DNA from: Candidatus Thorarchaeota archaeon
Lineage (GTDB): Archaea; Asgardarchaeota; Thorarchaeia; Thorarchaeales; Thorarchaeaceae
Direction: 5' to 3'
NCBI GenBank assembly: GCA_029855935.1
Contig: JAGSHN010000027.1
Location: 1 to 64,000, forward strand
DNA: 64,000 nt
Shown: piece after piece, positions 9,179 to 18,188 of the stretch
Numbering within the stretch: position 1 is the first letter of the stretch
How the letters are laid out: every line of letters begins with the position of its first letter
Notes under the pieces: model-generated
The model's database searches: none
What the model was told of the DNA's origin: nothing
Seen by the model: the letters and a program-made list of their open reading frames with translations, nothing else
Translations under genes and position numbers: made by a program

Positions 9179-9694
9179 CTAGGATCTCCGCCTTCTGTCA
9201 TAGACGTACGTGACGGCTATGGTCGCCAGAGCAAGCACCAGACTGGAGCCCACCACCCACGGCTCGGTCACCGTCAGGTCGGGGATCTCAGGCGGAACAT
9301 GCGTATCGATGTTGATACGGTAGCTGGTCGCCGAGTTGTTCGCCATATCAAAGGCCATCACATACAGTGCATAGGTGCTGTTCGCCTCCAGACGAGGGAC
9401 TTCCGTGACGTACAGCGAACCATTGAACTGCATCGAATAGTTGTGCAGCGAGACTCCCCGACGCTCCACAAACAGTGTGACGTTACGAACTCCTGACTGC
9501 GGGTCGGACACATTGGCCCATGCCCTGAATGATGCGACCTGCGGATTGCCTTCAATCCCCCACGCACTGATCTCCGGACGTAGAGTGTCTACAGCAGAGC
9601 ATGACCCGACCAACAGAGATGTCGTCAGGACAACCGCAATGAGTGCGGTGACGACCACCCGTAAACGACATCCCAGTGAGGGCTCCGCGGTCAT
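9179..9694 (-). CDS. Small membrane-anchored Ig-like domain protein
   Basis: Signal peptide, then a DTxxP..VSDxxSGVxxV..FNG..YVxAxDxxxN beta domain, then a C-terminal TM and RRRS. Confidence 0.8.
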   Translation of the reverse strand: MTAEPSLGCRLRVVVTALIAVVLTTSLLVGSCSAVDTLRPEISAWGIEGNPQVASFRAWANVSDPQSGVRNVTLFVERRGVSLHNYSMQFNGSLYVTEVPRLEANSTYALYVMAFDMANNSATSYRINIDTHVPPEIPDLTVTEPWVVGSSLVLALATIAVTYVYDRRRRS

Positions 9695-9792
9695 AGTCTC
9701 ACCAGTCCCAGCTCACAAGATATGCTAATCAGTGAACCGATTGAAGCACTCCGGAGCAGAACAACCGCGGACACAGAGAGAGAATAGGGGTG

Positions 9793-9971
9793 CAACAAGA
9801 AGAGGGTGGGCGCAGTTGCCGGGGCAATACGACGCTTGCCGCGCCACCACCTATCAAACACATTTCATTTGAGCGTCGTATTCCACGCGTCCCCTTTTTG
9901 AGACGCGTGCAAGTCACTCGCCGCACGCCAAAGCGAGTGAACGACCCTCGGTCTTGTCGACTGCGCCCATT
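9793..9971 (-). ncRNA. Candidate structured RNA (four-way junction), family unknown
   Basis: Nested perfect stems 9807-9816/9960-9969, 9826-9836/9872-9882, 9884-9891/9902-9909 and 9914-9921/9933-9940. BRE-TATA about 25 nt upstream on the minus strand and a pyrimidine tract downstream. Confidence 0.6.
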
Positions 9972-9990
9972 ATTCAGGTGACAACGAATC

Positions 9991-10005
9991 GGTATAAACT
10001 TTGCC
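9991..10005 (-). promoter_or_regulatory. BRE + TATA box promoter for the structured RNA
   Basis: Minus strand GGCAAAGTTTATACC matches archaeal BRE-TTTATA. Expected TSS about 9970. Confidence 0.65.
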
Positions 10006-10184
10006 AGAACTACGTCATCCCCACCTCACTGGTGAGATGCGGCGATGCTCAGGAGTCCCGGCGAAGACATCCATATCATATCAAATATGCATAAAAAACA
10101 TCTGGTCACATACGCCTCGCGGACGAATCCCGCGCCATAGTATCGGGGGCGCTGAACAGATTGAGTGAGGGGCAGGAAGAGATT

Positions 10185-10224
10185 GGAAAAAGAAAGAGGG
10201 GGTGAGGGGCCAAGCCCCTCTCAC
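10185..10224 (-). terminator. Hairpin plus pyrimidine/T-tract terminator after the giant FG-GAP gene
   Basis: Minus strand GAGGGGC-TTG-GCCCCTC followed by ACCCCCTCTTTCTTTTTCC, 20 nt after the stop at 10244. Confidence 0.7.
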
Positions 10225-10243
10225 TGCGTTGTCTCGACAGATG

Positions 10244-13200
10244 TCACTTGCCCGTCGTGCGTCTGCGACGTCGACGGAGAGCCAGCGCGGCGAGTCCGAC
10301 AAGCAGCGGCGTACCACCTACGGACACGGCGACAGTGAGGCCGAATGCGGAGAAGTCAGACTCGGCCGTGGCAAGGAATGTACCACCCGCGGCTGGCTGA
10401 GTGCCATTCGTCACGACTCCGACGAGGCTGCCCTCGAAGTATGCAACATCCCAGGCAGGCTCCGAGTCAAACTCTGCAGCCACAAAGCCCTCGACGAATC
10501 CCGGTGCTGAATGATACATCGTGGTAGTCGCTGCGTCGGGATCCCATATGACCAGTGTGTTGCCAGCAGAGATCACTGCCGAGTCGTGGTTCCCAGTGGC
10601 GATTGCTCGGACACTCATTGGGCCGACGTAGCTGCCTGCGGACCACAGCGCGACCCACGTCTGGGTAGAGCCTCGACCAAAGTGGACTCCCTCACCCTCT
10701 ACTGCAACGGCCACGCCATCAGCACTGACGCCCGACTCCCATTGTCCTGTGGCGACCGAGGTTATCGCGCCGGTCATTACCTGAAGCCAGAAGTTCTGGC
10801 CAGTCGCTGAGGCATTGATTGTCCTCACGGTCGCGCCCGTGGCTGCGACAACATCGTCGACACCATTCTCATCGAAGTCACCGACAGCGATGTCGGTCAG
10901 GGTGGGACCCGTGAGGTAGTAGTGCTGACGGACGCAGGAGCCCGAGAACATGTACACTGATGTTCCCGCGGCGAGAACAAAGTCAAGCCCTGTCAGGCCG
11001 TCGAACTCTCCTACTTCGAAGTCGACCAGCGATGCGCTGATGTTCACATCGGTGACTGCCTGCTGTACTCCATTCGAGTAGCAGACTGCGTATGTGAGCG
11101 GTGCAGACGTGCTGAAGACCACAACATATTCGTCGCCCAGCACTCCGTGGATGAAGTCGCCAGTCATCACACCAGCGGCCTCGGTGCCGAAGAGGTGGTC
11201 AATCGACGAGATGATGTGACCAGTAGCCCCATCGATGCCGAAGACGCGGGTGAAGCTTGGTGGGTCAGACCGACCAAGGGCCAAGATGTCGAGCACCGAG
11301 TCGCCGTTCAGGTCGCCGAACGTGACCTGCTCCACGTGCGCCCACTGGGACAGGTTCCACAGCACCGACATCGTCTGCGTGCTGTATGCCCAGAGATACT
11401 CGCCCTCCGAGACGATCAGCTCATCCACAGAGTCACCATCGAGGTCCTGTGCCCAGACGCCATCGACATCAGTTGCATAGTTCTGCGACCAGTAGAGGCC
11501 CCAAGATGTGTACGGCGTCGGCCGCGTGTCGGCACCCGCCTCCAGCATCCTGACAACGTACAGTGTGCCGTTGTCAATGGAACCAACGATCTCGTCCATC
11601 CCGTCGCCGTCAACGTCAGCTGCAGCCGCGGCGTTGTAATTCTGGTTCTCGATGTCGAACCAGAGCACGCGACCAGTCAGGGCATCCAGCGCCACAAGGC
11701 CGCCGCTGTCAAGTGCCAGCGCCAGCCCCAGCCGACCATCCGTGAAGGAGCCCTCGTAGGACCCCCGAATCACGCCGGCAAGTGGCGCGTACGTCCAGAC
11801 CTCACGACCCGAGGCGAATTCCTCGTAGTGCACGGCCTTGTTGGTGACCAGCATGGCCTCAAGCTGGGAGTCGTCATCATAGTCTCCAGCGTACAGGAAG
11901 TACGGTAGCTCGCCAGCCGGAAGCGTCTGGGTGGAATTGTAGAGCAGGTCGCCCGTCCGTGGATCCACAATTACAAATCTGTCCCTATAGGTGATGAGAT
12001 CGTCATATCCGTCGCCATTGTAGTCCAAGACCAAGGGGTTGACGTAGGTCGAGCCGACGGTCTCCTCAAGGTGCAGGATCACAGTGCCGTTGCTGCCGTA
12101 GAGAAACGTCACGGTACCGTTCAGGTCGACAAGGGCCAGGTCAAGCTCCGGCCTACCTGAGAAGTTGCCAGCAGCAATCCTCGGCGCCGACAGCAGGCCT
12201 CCTCCAAGGAACCTCGACCAGAGTACGGTACCATTGGCAGCCCACACCTTGACCGTGCTGTTGGAGTTCGTCGCTATCACCTCTGGACCCGGACTTGGAG
12301 CCACATCAGCGACGTATACGTTCCCAGCCCAGTGGAACATAAAGGTGATACCGGTGAACACACGCCGCCACAGGAGAGTCCCATTCGTGGCGTCAAGATA
12401 CGTGTAGTTGCCATCCGAGTGAGACACGCCCAAGCGCAGACCATCGGAAGTGTTCGCAAGGTACATCTCGTGCACACCTGAGCCAGGCCCAGGATAACTC
12501 CACAGAATGCTGCCGCCAGCGCCGTCGAAGGCAGCAATCGTGCCGTTCGTAGATCCCACGATTACCTCATCCTCTCCATCTGAGTCGATGTCATAGGGGA
12601 TGACATACCTGAGAGAGCTGTACGGGACAGCGCCAGCATCGTGGGTCGCCCATACCTGCTCGCTGAACGCAAGCTCCACTGGCGGGAGCGAGGAGTCGTC
12701 AACCTCGAAGATGAAGACCTCTCCGCGTTCGCAGGAGACACCAATCTCCTCGTAGCCGTTGCCGTTGGTGTCATAGACCGTGACACCAGTGACATCGTAC
12801 GGGAATGGGCTCGACACCCAGGCCTCTCTGTGCCTCATCAGTGCACCGCCAAAGTTCGAGTTCTGCAGCTCGTACACGCCGACCCTGTCGTCAAAGCCGG
12901 CTGCGACCTCTCTGCGGCCGTCGTTGTCGGTGTCGCCTGCATCCATCGAGGTGACGCCACCGATGTTGTAGTGGACGAACCGTGACGAGGGGTTGATGCC
13001 GTAGATCAGGTCTGCGTGCTCCTTGTAGAGCTTCCCCGTGTAGTAGGGATTGCTGACATCGAGGAGTCTGCCCTGTGGACCTGCAAGATCATAGATTGTG
13101 CGAATGGAATAGTCAAAGACGTAGACGTAGATGAAGCCACCGCCGACCATTCCAACAATGGCAGGACTGTATGCCGATGGGACGTACAACGGCGCAGGCG

Positions 13201-16200
13201 AGGGCTGGGCCCACGGATGGAGGTACGTGACTGTTCCATCAGGGTTGTCAACCCGCTGCACGTAGTTCGGCAGGCTGGGCATCTGATGACCCTCGTGCCA
13301 GACCAGAAGGTCGTTGGAGTACGCCATCTGCAATCGGTCCTCCACTGGTGCCGCTGGTACCTCGTAGACGACCATCAGAGTGTCCTCAGGCGAGTCCAAG
13401 ACGCCAAGGTCAGGGAAGACCTCGTCAAAGTAGGATGTCGTCACCTGATGCAGTGGCCGGTCGGTCCAGATGAAACTGCTGTTCGTGGTGACAACAAAGA
13501 TGTCGAGATCGGTCTTGGCAACACTGGCGTTATTGGCGGATATGGCCAAGGCCCAGCCTCCATCATTCAGCGCCTCAAGGTCGATGCTGGTCACGGCGTA
13601 GTCCGTGTAGTCCCTGTAGTTGACAGCGATGCCACCTATGTTCCACGTCCCGCTCCAAGACGAGGTATATCCGTAGTAGGGACGTTTGCCAGTCGTCGAC
13701 AGGTAGACAATGCCGAGGGTGCCGTCGCCGAGGAGATAGGGCTTCGGCATTCTCCTGGTCGAGGCAGTGGTTATCTCTATCATGTTGGCCCTGTCCCAAC
13801 CTGTGGAGTCATAGTACCGCATCATGTAGAAGTAGTAGACGTTGGAGGAGCCGGTCCACAGCTCGGCGCGCCACGCAAGGTACAACGTACCGTTGGGTGC
13901 GAAGTACAGTGCCGGATCCATCTCAGCGATGACCGTCCACGTCTGATGTTGTGGGTATGTGTTTGGAGTGACCTGAGCAGTCCCAGACCAGGCATCGGCA
14001 GATACCCCGTAGAGTCGCCAGAAGAGCCGCGGACTTCCCGTGCTTCCGTCAACGAACACGTCCATGATGAAATCGTGGTTTGTGTCCAGATACGCGAGGT
14101 CATTCTGGCCACGGAGGGCGTACAGAGTGGTGTTCTCCTCGCCAGCGCGTGCGGGGCCGGCATCGATGTACGGGTGATTTGGCGAGGATGTCACAATCTC
14201 AGCATTCGTGTAACCAGAGTCCGTACCGTTCCACTCCCAGACATCGAAGCCTTTCCCGTGACCGACGATGATCTCCTGATACGAGTCGTAGTCCTGATCA
14301 TCAATCATCAGGGCCGTGACGGGGTTCCAGTAGACGTACTCGTGAGGCGGGCTCCAGACCTCCTCAAAGCTGAATCCCTTCCACTCATAGATCTTTAGGA
14401 AGCCGTCCTTTCGGCTCTGAGTCACATTGAAGAGACCTCCAAATATCACCTCGCGGTAGCCGTCCTCATCGGTGTCGCCAGCCACGATAGCGTCGATCCG
14501 TGCAGCCTTGAACTTCTCCTGAGCGCCGTTTCCGACGAGATAGAAGAGCCCGTCCATCGAGCCTCCCATGAAGTAGTCAGCTGCGGCGTCCCAGTTGTTG
14601 TACGGGACATTGAACACGAACAGGTATGGCCCAAGAGCAACTATCAGCTCTCGCATATCGTTGTAGTCGAAGTCGTTCCCTGCACCCAGCGCTGTGATCC
14701 GCGGCACATAGCTCCACCCGACCGTCGTGTTGAACTGGGAGTTCCTGAAGTCGATCGTGTAGACTAGCCGGTAGGTGTCGTCGATTCCCGTGTCTTCGAA
14801 GACGTACAACTGCATCCCGGCTGCAGCCACTATCTCCTTCTTGCCGTCAGAGTCGAGGTCAACATCCGCAAGAAGTTCGTCCACGTGATTCCATATCACG
14901 CGGCTGAAGTTGCCCGAGATGCCCTCAAGCTTCTCCCAATAGTACGGGCTCGTTGTGCTCCTGACCGTGTAGTTCACGTCAAACGAGCGGAATGCCCGTT
15001 TGTAGGTGTTGTTGAGCATATGCTCGAACACGTAGAGGTTGTTGTCGTAATCGCCGACTATGAGCTCCCCCTTGCCGTCGCCATCCACATCACCGGACGA
15101 GACCGTCAGAGTCCATCCGTTGAGCTCATCGCGAGTGCTCCAGCTCTCCGTCACGTGATAGCCGAAGTTCCACACGTTTGCATTCTTCGCTATTGAGAAG
15201 TCGTACCTGCGAACTTCGGGATACGTTGCAAGGAGGTAGGAGTTTGACTGATTATAGGATGGCCAGAAGGTGAGGAGATTCGAAGCGACTGACGTGTAGG
15301 CAACAAACACGTACTCGGCTTGGGTGAACGTGGACCATCCGACGTAGTCAAACGTGTACACATAGGAGTCCCAAGGCAGACCGTGTCCCAGCGGCACAAC
15401 GCGGCCCTGTGATATCTTGTAGACCCGGAAGGATGTTTCTGGGTCGGAGTTCACAAAGAGCCGCTTGTTCTCGACCCAGTGCGGGTTGTTTACGTCACCG
15501 ACATTCTCCCAGTAGGTGAAGCCATCACGCCCGTCATAGCTGAGCACCAGATCTATGTCACCGTCGTTGTCAAAGTCGCCAACTGAGGGCTGGCCCCAGA
15601 AATAGTTCATCTCTCGGGAGTTGACCTCCTCGAAGTACCCGGGATGCAGTCGGAACTGTGGCCGTCCAGTCTCGGTCGGACCGATATTCTCGCAGTAGTA
15701 GACGAAGCCTGTGGAGAGGATCATATCATTGTCAAGGTCCCCATCCCAGTCTACGAACTGCACATATGGTCCAGCCTTGGCCTTTGAGAGAGCATCCACT
15801 ATGTCACCTGTCGCATCAATGGCCTCTGGCTTGTAGTAGGCCACATACGGGCTGGAATAGTCCGGTCGGTGGTAGAACGACAGGTATCCGTTCATGCCGC
15901 CCGCGGTGTCGTAGTCCCCACCGGATGCTATGTCGTTACTAAGATAGCTGACGACTGCGTACGGGGCCTCAGGACCATTGTACGGTTCTACAAGCTGACT
16001 GAACATCTCGACCGAGACTATGTCGTACCCAGTCATCGTGTCGATGGCAGAGAAGTCGGCCGTCAAGTCACTATCCACCTCAAGGGAACCGCCCACCGCG
16101 GAGTACACTGTTATTCCGCCAGTCGAGTTGACGGTCAGGACATTCCACGGGTTCGTACCTCCGACCCAGTCGTTTGTGACAACATCGCCAACTGACCAGT

Positions 16201-18184
16201 AGAAATAGCTGGAGTTGGCAATGGGCGTGTAGCTTCCGGGGTAGAGCCAGACAGGGAGCCTGCTGCCGCCGGCCTGCACTGGAATCATATCCCACACGTT
16301 CGTGCCAACCGTGAAGAAGTCGTCACGGCCGGAGTCCCACACAAGATCGTATGAACCACCGTACTTGAACGCGAGGATGTTCCCAGTGACCGTCGCCACA
16401 ATGAGCTTGTTGCTCTGGTCAGGTGGTCCGTTGAGACCGAAGCTCTCGGAGAGCGGGCCGATTGTCACCGTCAGAGCAGTTGTTATCTGCGTGTACACCT
16501 GAGCCAGCTCAATCGAGTCGATGTAGTAGACTCCACCGTTGTACACTGAGATTCGAATGTACCTGAACCAGTCCCACTTTCTGCGACCGAGCGCATCATC
16601 AACATCCACGTACAGGTGATTGCCGATGAAGGAGTATCTGCCCGGGTCAACCTGCTCGAAGTCCGTGCCACTCTGTGAGACCGAGATGTTCATCTCTGAA
16701 CGGACGGACGCGGTCACGGGATCTCTAAGGGTGATGTCAAGATCCCAATCAGGACCAGCACTGCCCGTGCCCTCCTCGTCCTTTCCAAAGTCGATGACAG
16801 CAGTGGCATTATCCACATTCGCTATCGACGAGTCGAACACCGAGTAGTAGCCATCGGTTTCGTTGGCCATTCCAGTGTTGAACGGATAGCACTCCGCATC
16901 GGGATAGAATACGCCGCCACCGACGTACTGATAGCTTATGGGCTCTGGATACAGCGTGCCGTTCCCGAACTGGTAGGACACGTTGTTAGCTGTGACGACA
17001 CTGTCGGCCCAGAAGTCGAGTCTCCACGGAGAGTCGCTCTCAGCCTGCCAGGCCTCCCACGGCCTGTAGACCTTCTCATAGGTGTAGGTCTCACTGGCCT
17101 CGTCCCAGTCCAGCACAAACACACCCTGTCCCTGCGCGACCAGAGCGATCTCGTCGCCTGGTGTGTTGTCGAGCTCTCCGACCTCCATGTCCATTATTGG
17201 AGTCCATGTGTAGTTCTCGGATGTCCACACGAGTCGGTAATGGTTGTCATTGATGAGCGGAAACGGCTCGCCATTGATTGTCATCGTGACGCCGTCATTC
17301 TCGAACACGTAGACACGGCCCTCACGAGTTCCCGCGACAATGTCAGGCAGACCGTTGTTGTTCGTGTCGCCTGTCGCAATCGTGTAGATCCGTCCGTCAA
17401 TCACGTCGCCAGAGTTCCAGACCTCCCGATACGTAATCCAGTGCTCTGGACTGAACGGATAGCCACTATGGTTGTCGTATTCAAAGCACCTCACTTTGCC
17501 ATCCCAAGAACCGACGACAATGTCCGGTCGGTAGTCGCGGTCGACATCGTCGATTCGGACGGCAAATGCCCTGAAGGTGTACGGGCTCGACCAGACGTGG
17601 TCGAACATGTTCTCGGTGTTGGCATAGGGGTCGTAGAGATGCCTCTGCTCGAAGACGTGTACGCGCCCGTCCGAGCTGGCAGCGACTACCTCGAGAAAGT
17701 CGTTCAGGTCGGTATCACCCCAGGCCAGCGACAGTATGTCACCCTGAATGATGCCATCGCCACTGTCCCACACCTTGTCGAAGTTGCCAGTCTCGGGATT
17801 GTACCTGAAGATGTGAATCTCGTTGTCATAGAGATAGCCACCCCCGACAGCAAGGAATCCGGTGTCCTCGTCGTAGGCCAGCGCGTGAACAGCAGCCTTT
17901 GTCTTCCATGGCTCGTACGTCACCCTGTAGTTGTTGGCGCCGTCCTGCAGCACAAGCCCGACATCGTCAGTCGGGTCGACACCCGGTGAGATGTCCTCGA
18001 GGACGCGTGCTATCTCATTCTCACGCAACGGTGAAACTGCCTCCGGAGTGGCTCCCTCTGTTCCGACCTGATCAGCCGCCTCCAAGGCGTTCTCAGATGT
18101 GACTGGAACTGCAGGAACAACAGAGAAGGTTCCCACTATCATCAGAACAAGTGCAAACAGGGTCAGTATTTTCATCTGCTTCAT
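10244..18184 (-). CDS. Giant FG-GAP/VCBS multi-beta-propeller surface protein (~2646 aa), C-terminally anchored
   Basis: True start MKQMKILTL at 18184 with a signal peptide. Dozens of GDxDxDGxxE/D(I/L)V repeats, PQQ-like W-containing blades, many N-x-S/T sequons, C-terminal TM and RRRRRR. Confidence 0.9.
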   Translation of the reverse strand: MKQMKILTLFALVLMIVGTFSVVPAVPVTSENALEAADQVGTEGATPEAVSPLRENEIARVLEDISPGVDPTDDVGLVLQDGANNYRVTYEPWKTKAAVHALAYDEDTGFLAVGGGYLYDNEIHIFRYNPETGNFDKVWDSGDGIIQGDILSLAWGDTDLNDFLEVVAASSDGRVHVFEQRHLYDPYANTENMFDHVWSSPYTFRAFAVRIDDVDRDYRPDIVVGSWDGKVRCFEYDNHSGYPFSPEHWITYREVWNSGDVIDGRIYTIATGDTNNNGLPDIVAGTREGRVYVFENDGVTMTINGEPFPLINDNHYRLVWTSENYTWTPIMDMEVGELDNTPGDEIALVAQGQGVFVLDWDEASETYTYEKVYRPWEAWQAESDSPWRLDFWADSVVTANNVSYQFGNGTLYPEPISYQYVGGGVFYPDAECYPFNTGMANETDGYYSVFDSSIANVDNATAVIDFGKDEEGTGSAGPDWDLDITLRDPVTASVRSEMNISVSQSGTDFEQVDPGRYSFIGNHLYVDVDDALGRRKWDWFRYIRISVYNGGVYYIDSIELAQVYTQITTALTVTIGPLSESFGLNGPPDQSNKLIVATVTGNILAFKYGGSYDLVWDSGRDDFFTVGTNVWDMIPVQAGGSRLPVWLYPGSYTPIANSSYFYWSVGDVVTNDWVGGTNPWNVLTVNSTGGITVYSAVGGSLEVDSDLTADFSAIDTMTGYDIVSVEMFSQLVEPYNGPEAPYAVVSYLSNDIASGGDYDTAGGMNGYLSFYHRPDYSSPYVAYYKPEAIDATGDIVDALSKAKAGPYVQFVDWDGDLDNDMILSTGFVYYCENIGPTETGRPQFRLHPGYFEEVNSREMNYFWGQPSVGDFDNDGDIDLVLSYDGRDGFTYWENVGDVNNPHWVENKRLFVNSDPETSFRVYKISQGRVVPLGHGLPWDSYVYTFDYVGWSTFTQAEYVFVAYTSVASNLLTFWPSYNQSNSYLLATYPEVRRYDFSIAKNANVWNFGYHVTESWSTRDELNGWTLTVSSGDVDGDGKGELIVGDYDNNLYVFEHMLNNTYKRAFRSFDVNYTVRSTTSPYYWEKLEGISGNFSRVIWNHVDELLADVDLDSDGKKEIVAAAGMQLYVFEDTGIDDTYRLVYTIDFRNSQFNTTVGWSYVPRITALGAGNDFDYNDMRELIVALGPYLFVFNVPYNNWDAAADYFMGGSMDGLFYLVGNGAQEKFKAARIDAIVAGDTDEDGYREVIFGGLFNVTQSRKDGFLKIYEWKGFSFEEVWSPPHEYVYWNPVTALMIDDQDYDSYQEIIVGHGKGFDVWEWNGTDSGYTNAEIVTSSPNHPYIDAGPARAGEENTTLYALRGQNDLAYLDTNHDFIMDVFVDGSTGSPRLFWRLYGVSADAWSGTAQVTPNTYPQHQTWTVIAEMDPALYFAPNGTLYLAWRAELWTGSSNVYYFYMMRYYDSTGWDRANMIEITTASTRRMPKPYLLGDGTLGIVYLSTTGKRPYYGYTSSWSGTWNIGGIAVNYRDYTDYAVTSIDLEALNDGGWALAISANNASVAKTDLDIFVVTTNSSFIWTDRPLHQVTTSYFDEVFPDLGVLDSPEDTLMVVYEVPAAPVEDRLQMAYSNDLLVWHEGHQMPSLPNYVQRVDNPDGTVTYLHPWAQPSPAPLYVPSAYSPAIVGMVGGGFIYVYVFDYSIRTIYDLAGPQGRLLDVSNPYYTGKLYKEHADLIYGINPSSRFVHYNIGGVTSMDAGDTDNDGRREVAAGFDDRVGVYELQNSNFGGALMRHREAWVSSPFPYDVTGVTVYDTNGNGYEEIGVSCERGEVFIFEVDDSSLPPVELAFSEQVWATHDAGAVPYSSLRYVIPYDIDSDGEDEVIVGSTNGTIAAFDGAGGSILWSYPGPGSGVHEMYLANTSDGLRLGVSHSDGNYTYLDATNGTLLWRRVFTGITFMFHWAGNVYVADVAPSPGPEVIATNSNSTVKVWAANGTVLWSRFLGGGLLSAPRIAAGNFSGRPELDLALVDLNGTVTFLYGSNGTVILHLEETVGSTYVNPLVLDYNGDGYDDLITYRDRFVIVDPRTGDLLYNSTQTLPAGELPYFLYAGDYDDDSQLEAMLVTNKAVHYEEFASGREVWTYAPLAGVIRGSYEGSFTDGRLGLALALDSGGLVALDALTGRVLWFDIENQNYNAAAAADVDGDGMDEIVGSIDNGTLYVVRMLEAGADTRPTPYTSWGLYWSQNYATDVDGVWAQDLDGDSVDELIVSEGEYLWAYSTQTMSVLWNLSQWAHVEQVTFGDLNGDSVLDILALGRSDPPSFTRVFGIDGATGHIISSIDHLFGTEAAGVMTGDFIHGVLGDEYVVVFSTSAPLTYAVCYSNGVQQAVTDVNISASLVDFEVGEFDGLTGLDFVLAAGTSVYMFSGSCVRQHYYLTGPTLTDIAVGDFDENGVDDVVAATGATVRTINASATGQNFWLQVMTGAITSVATGQWESGVSADGVAVAVEGEGVHFGRGSTQTWVALWSAGSYVGPMSVRAIATGNHDSAVISAGNTLVIWDPDAATTTMYHSAPGFVEGFVAAEFDSEPAWDVAYFEGSLVGVVTNGTQPAAGGTFLATAESDFSAFGLTVAVSVGGTPLLVGLAALALRRRRRRTTGK

Positions 18185-18188
18185 CTCA

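Noticed and set aside
9807-9969. tRNA or intron-containing tRNA interpretation of the cloverleaf
   Set aside because: No T-loop (TTCRA) or D-loop signature, and the stem lengths do not fit. Kept as an unknown RNA instead.
10244-10340. Archaeosortase (PGF-CTERM) signal on the surface proteins
   Set aside because: TM plus basic tails are present, but no PGF/PEF motif precedes them.
13016-14398. 460-aa plus-strand ORF (also 11147..11908, 17240..17989 and 20466..21215)
   Set aside because: Antisense shadows of GC-biased giant genes, with no motifs.
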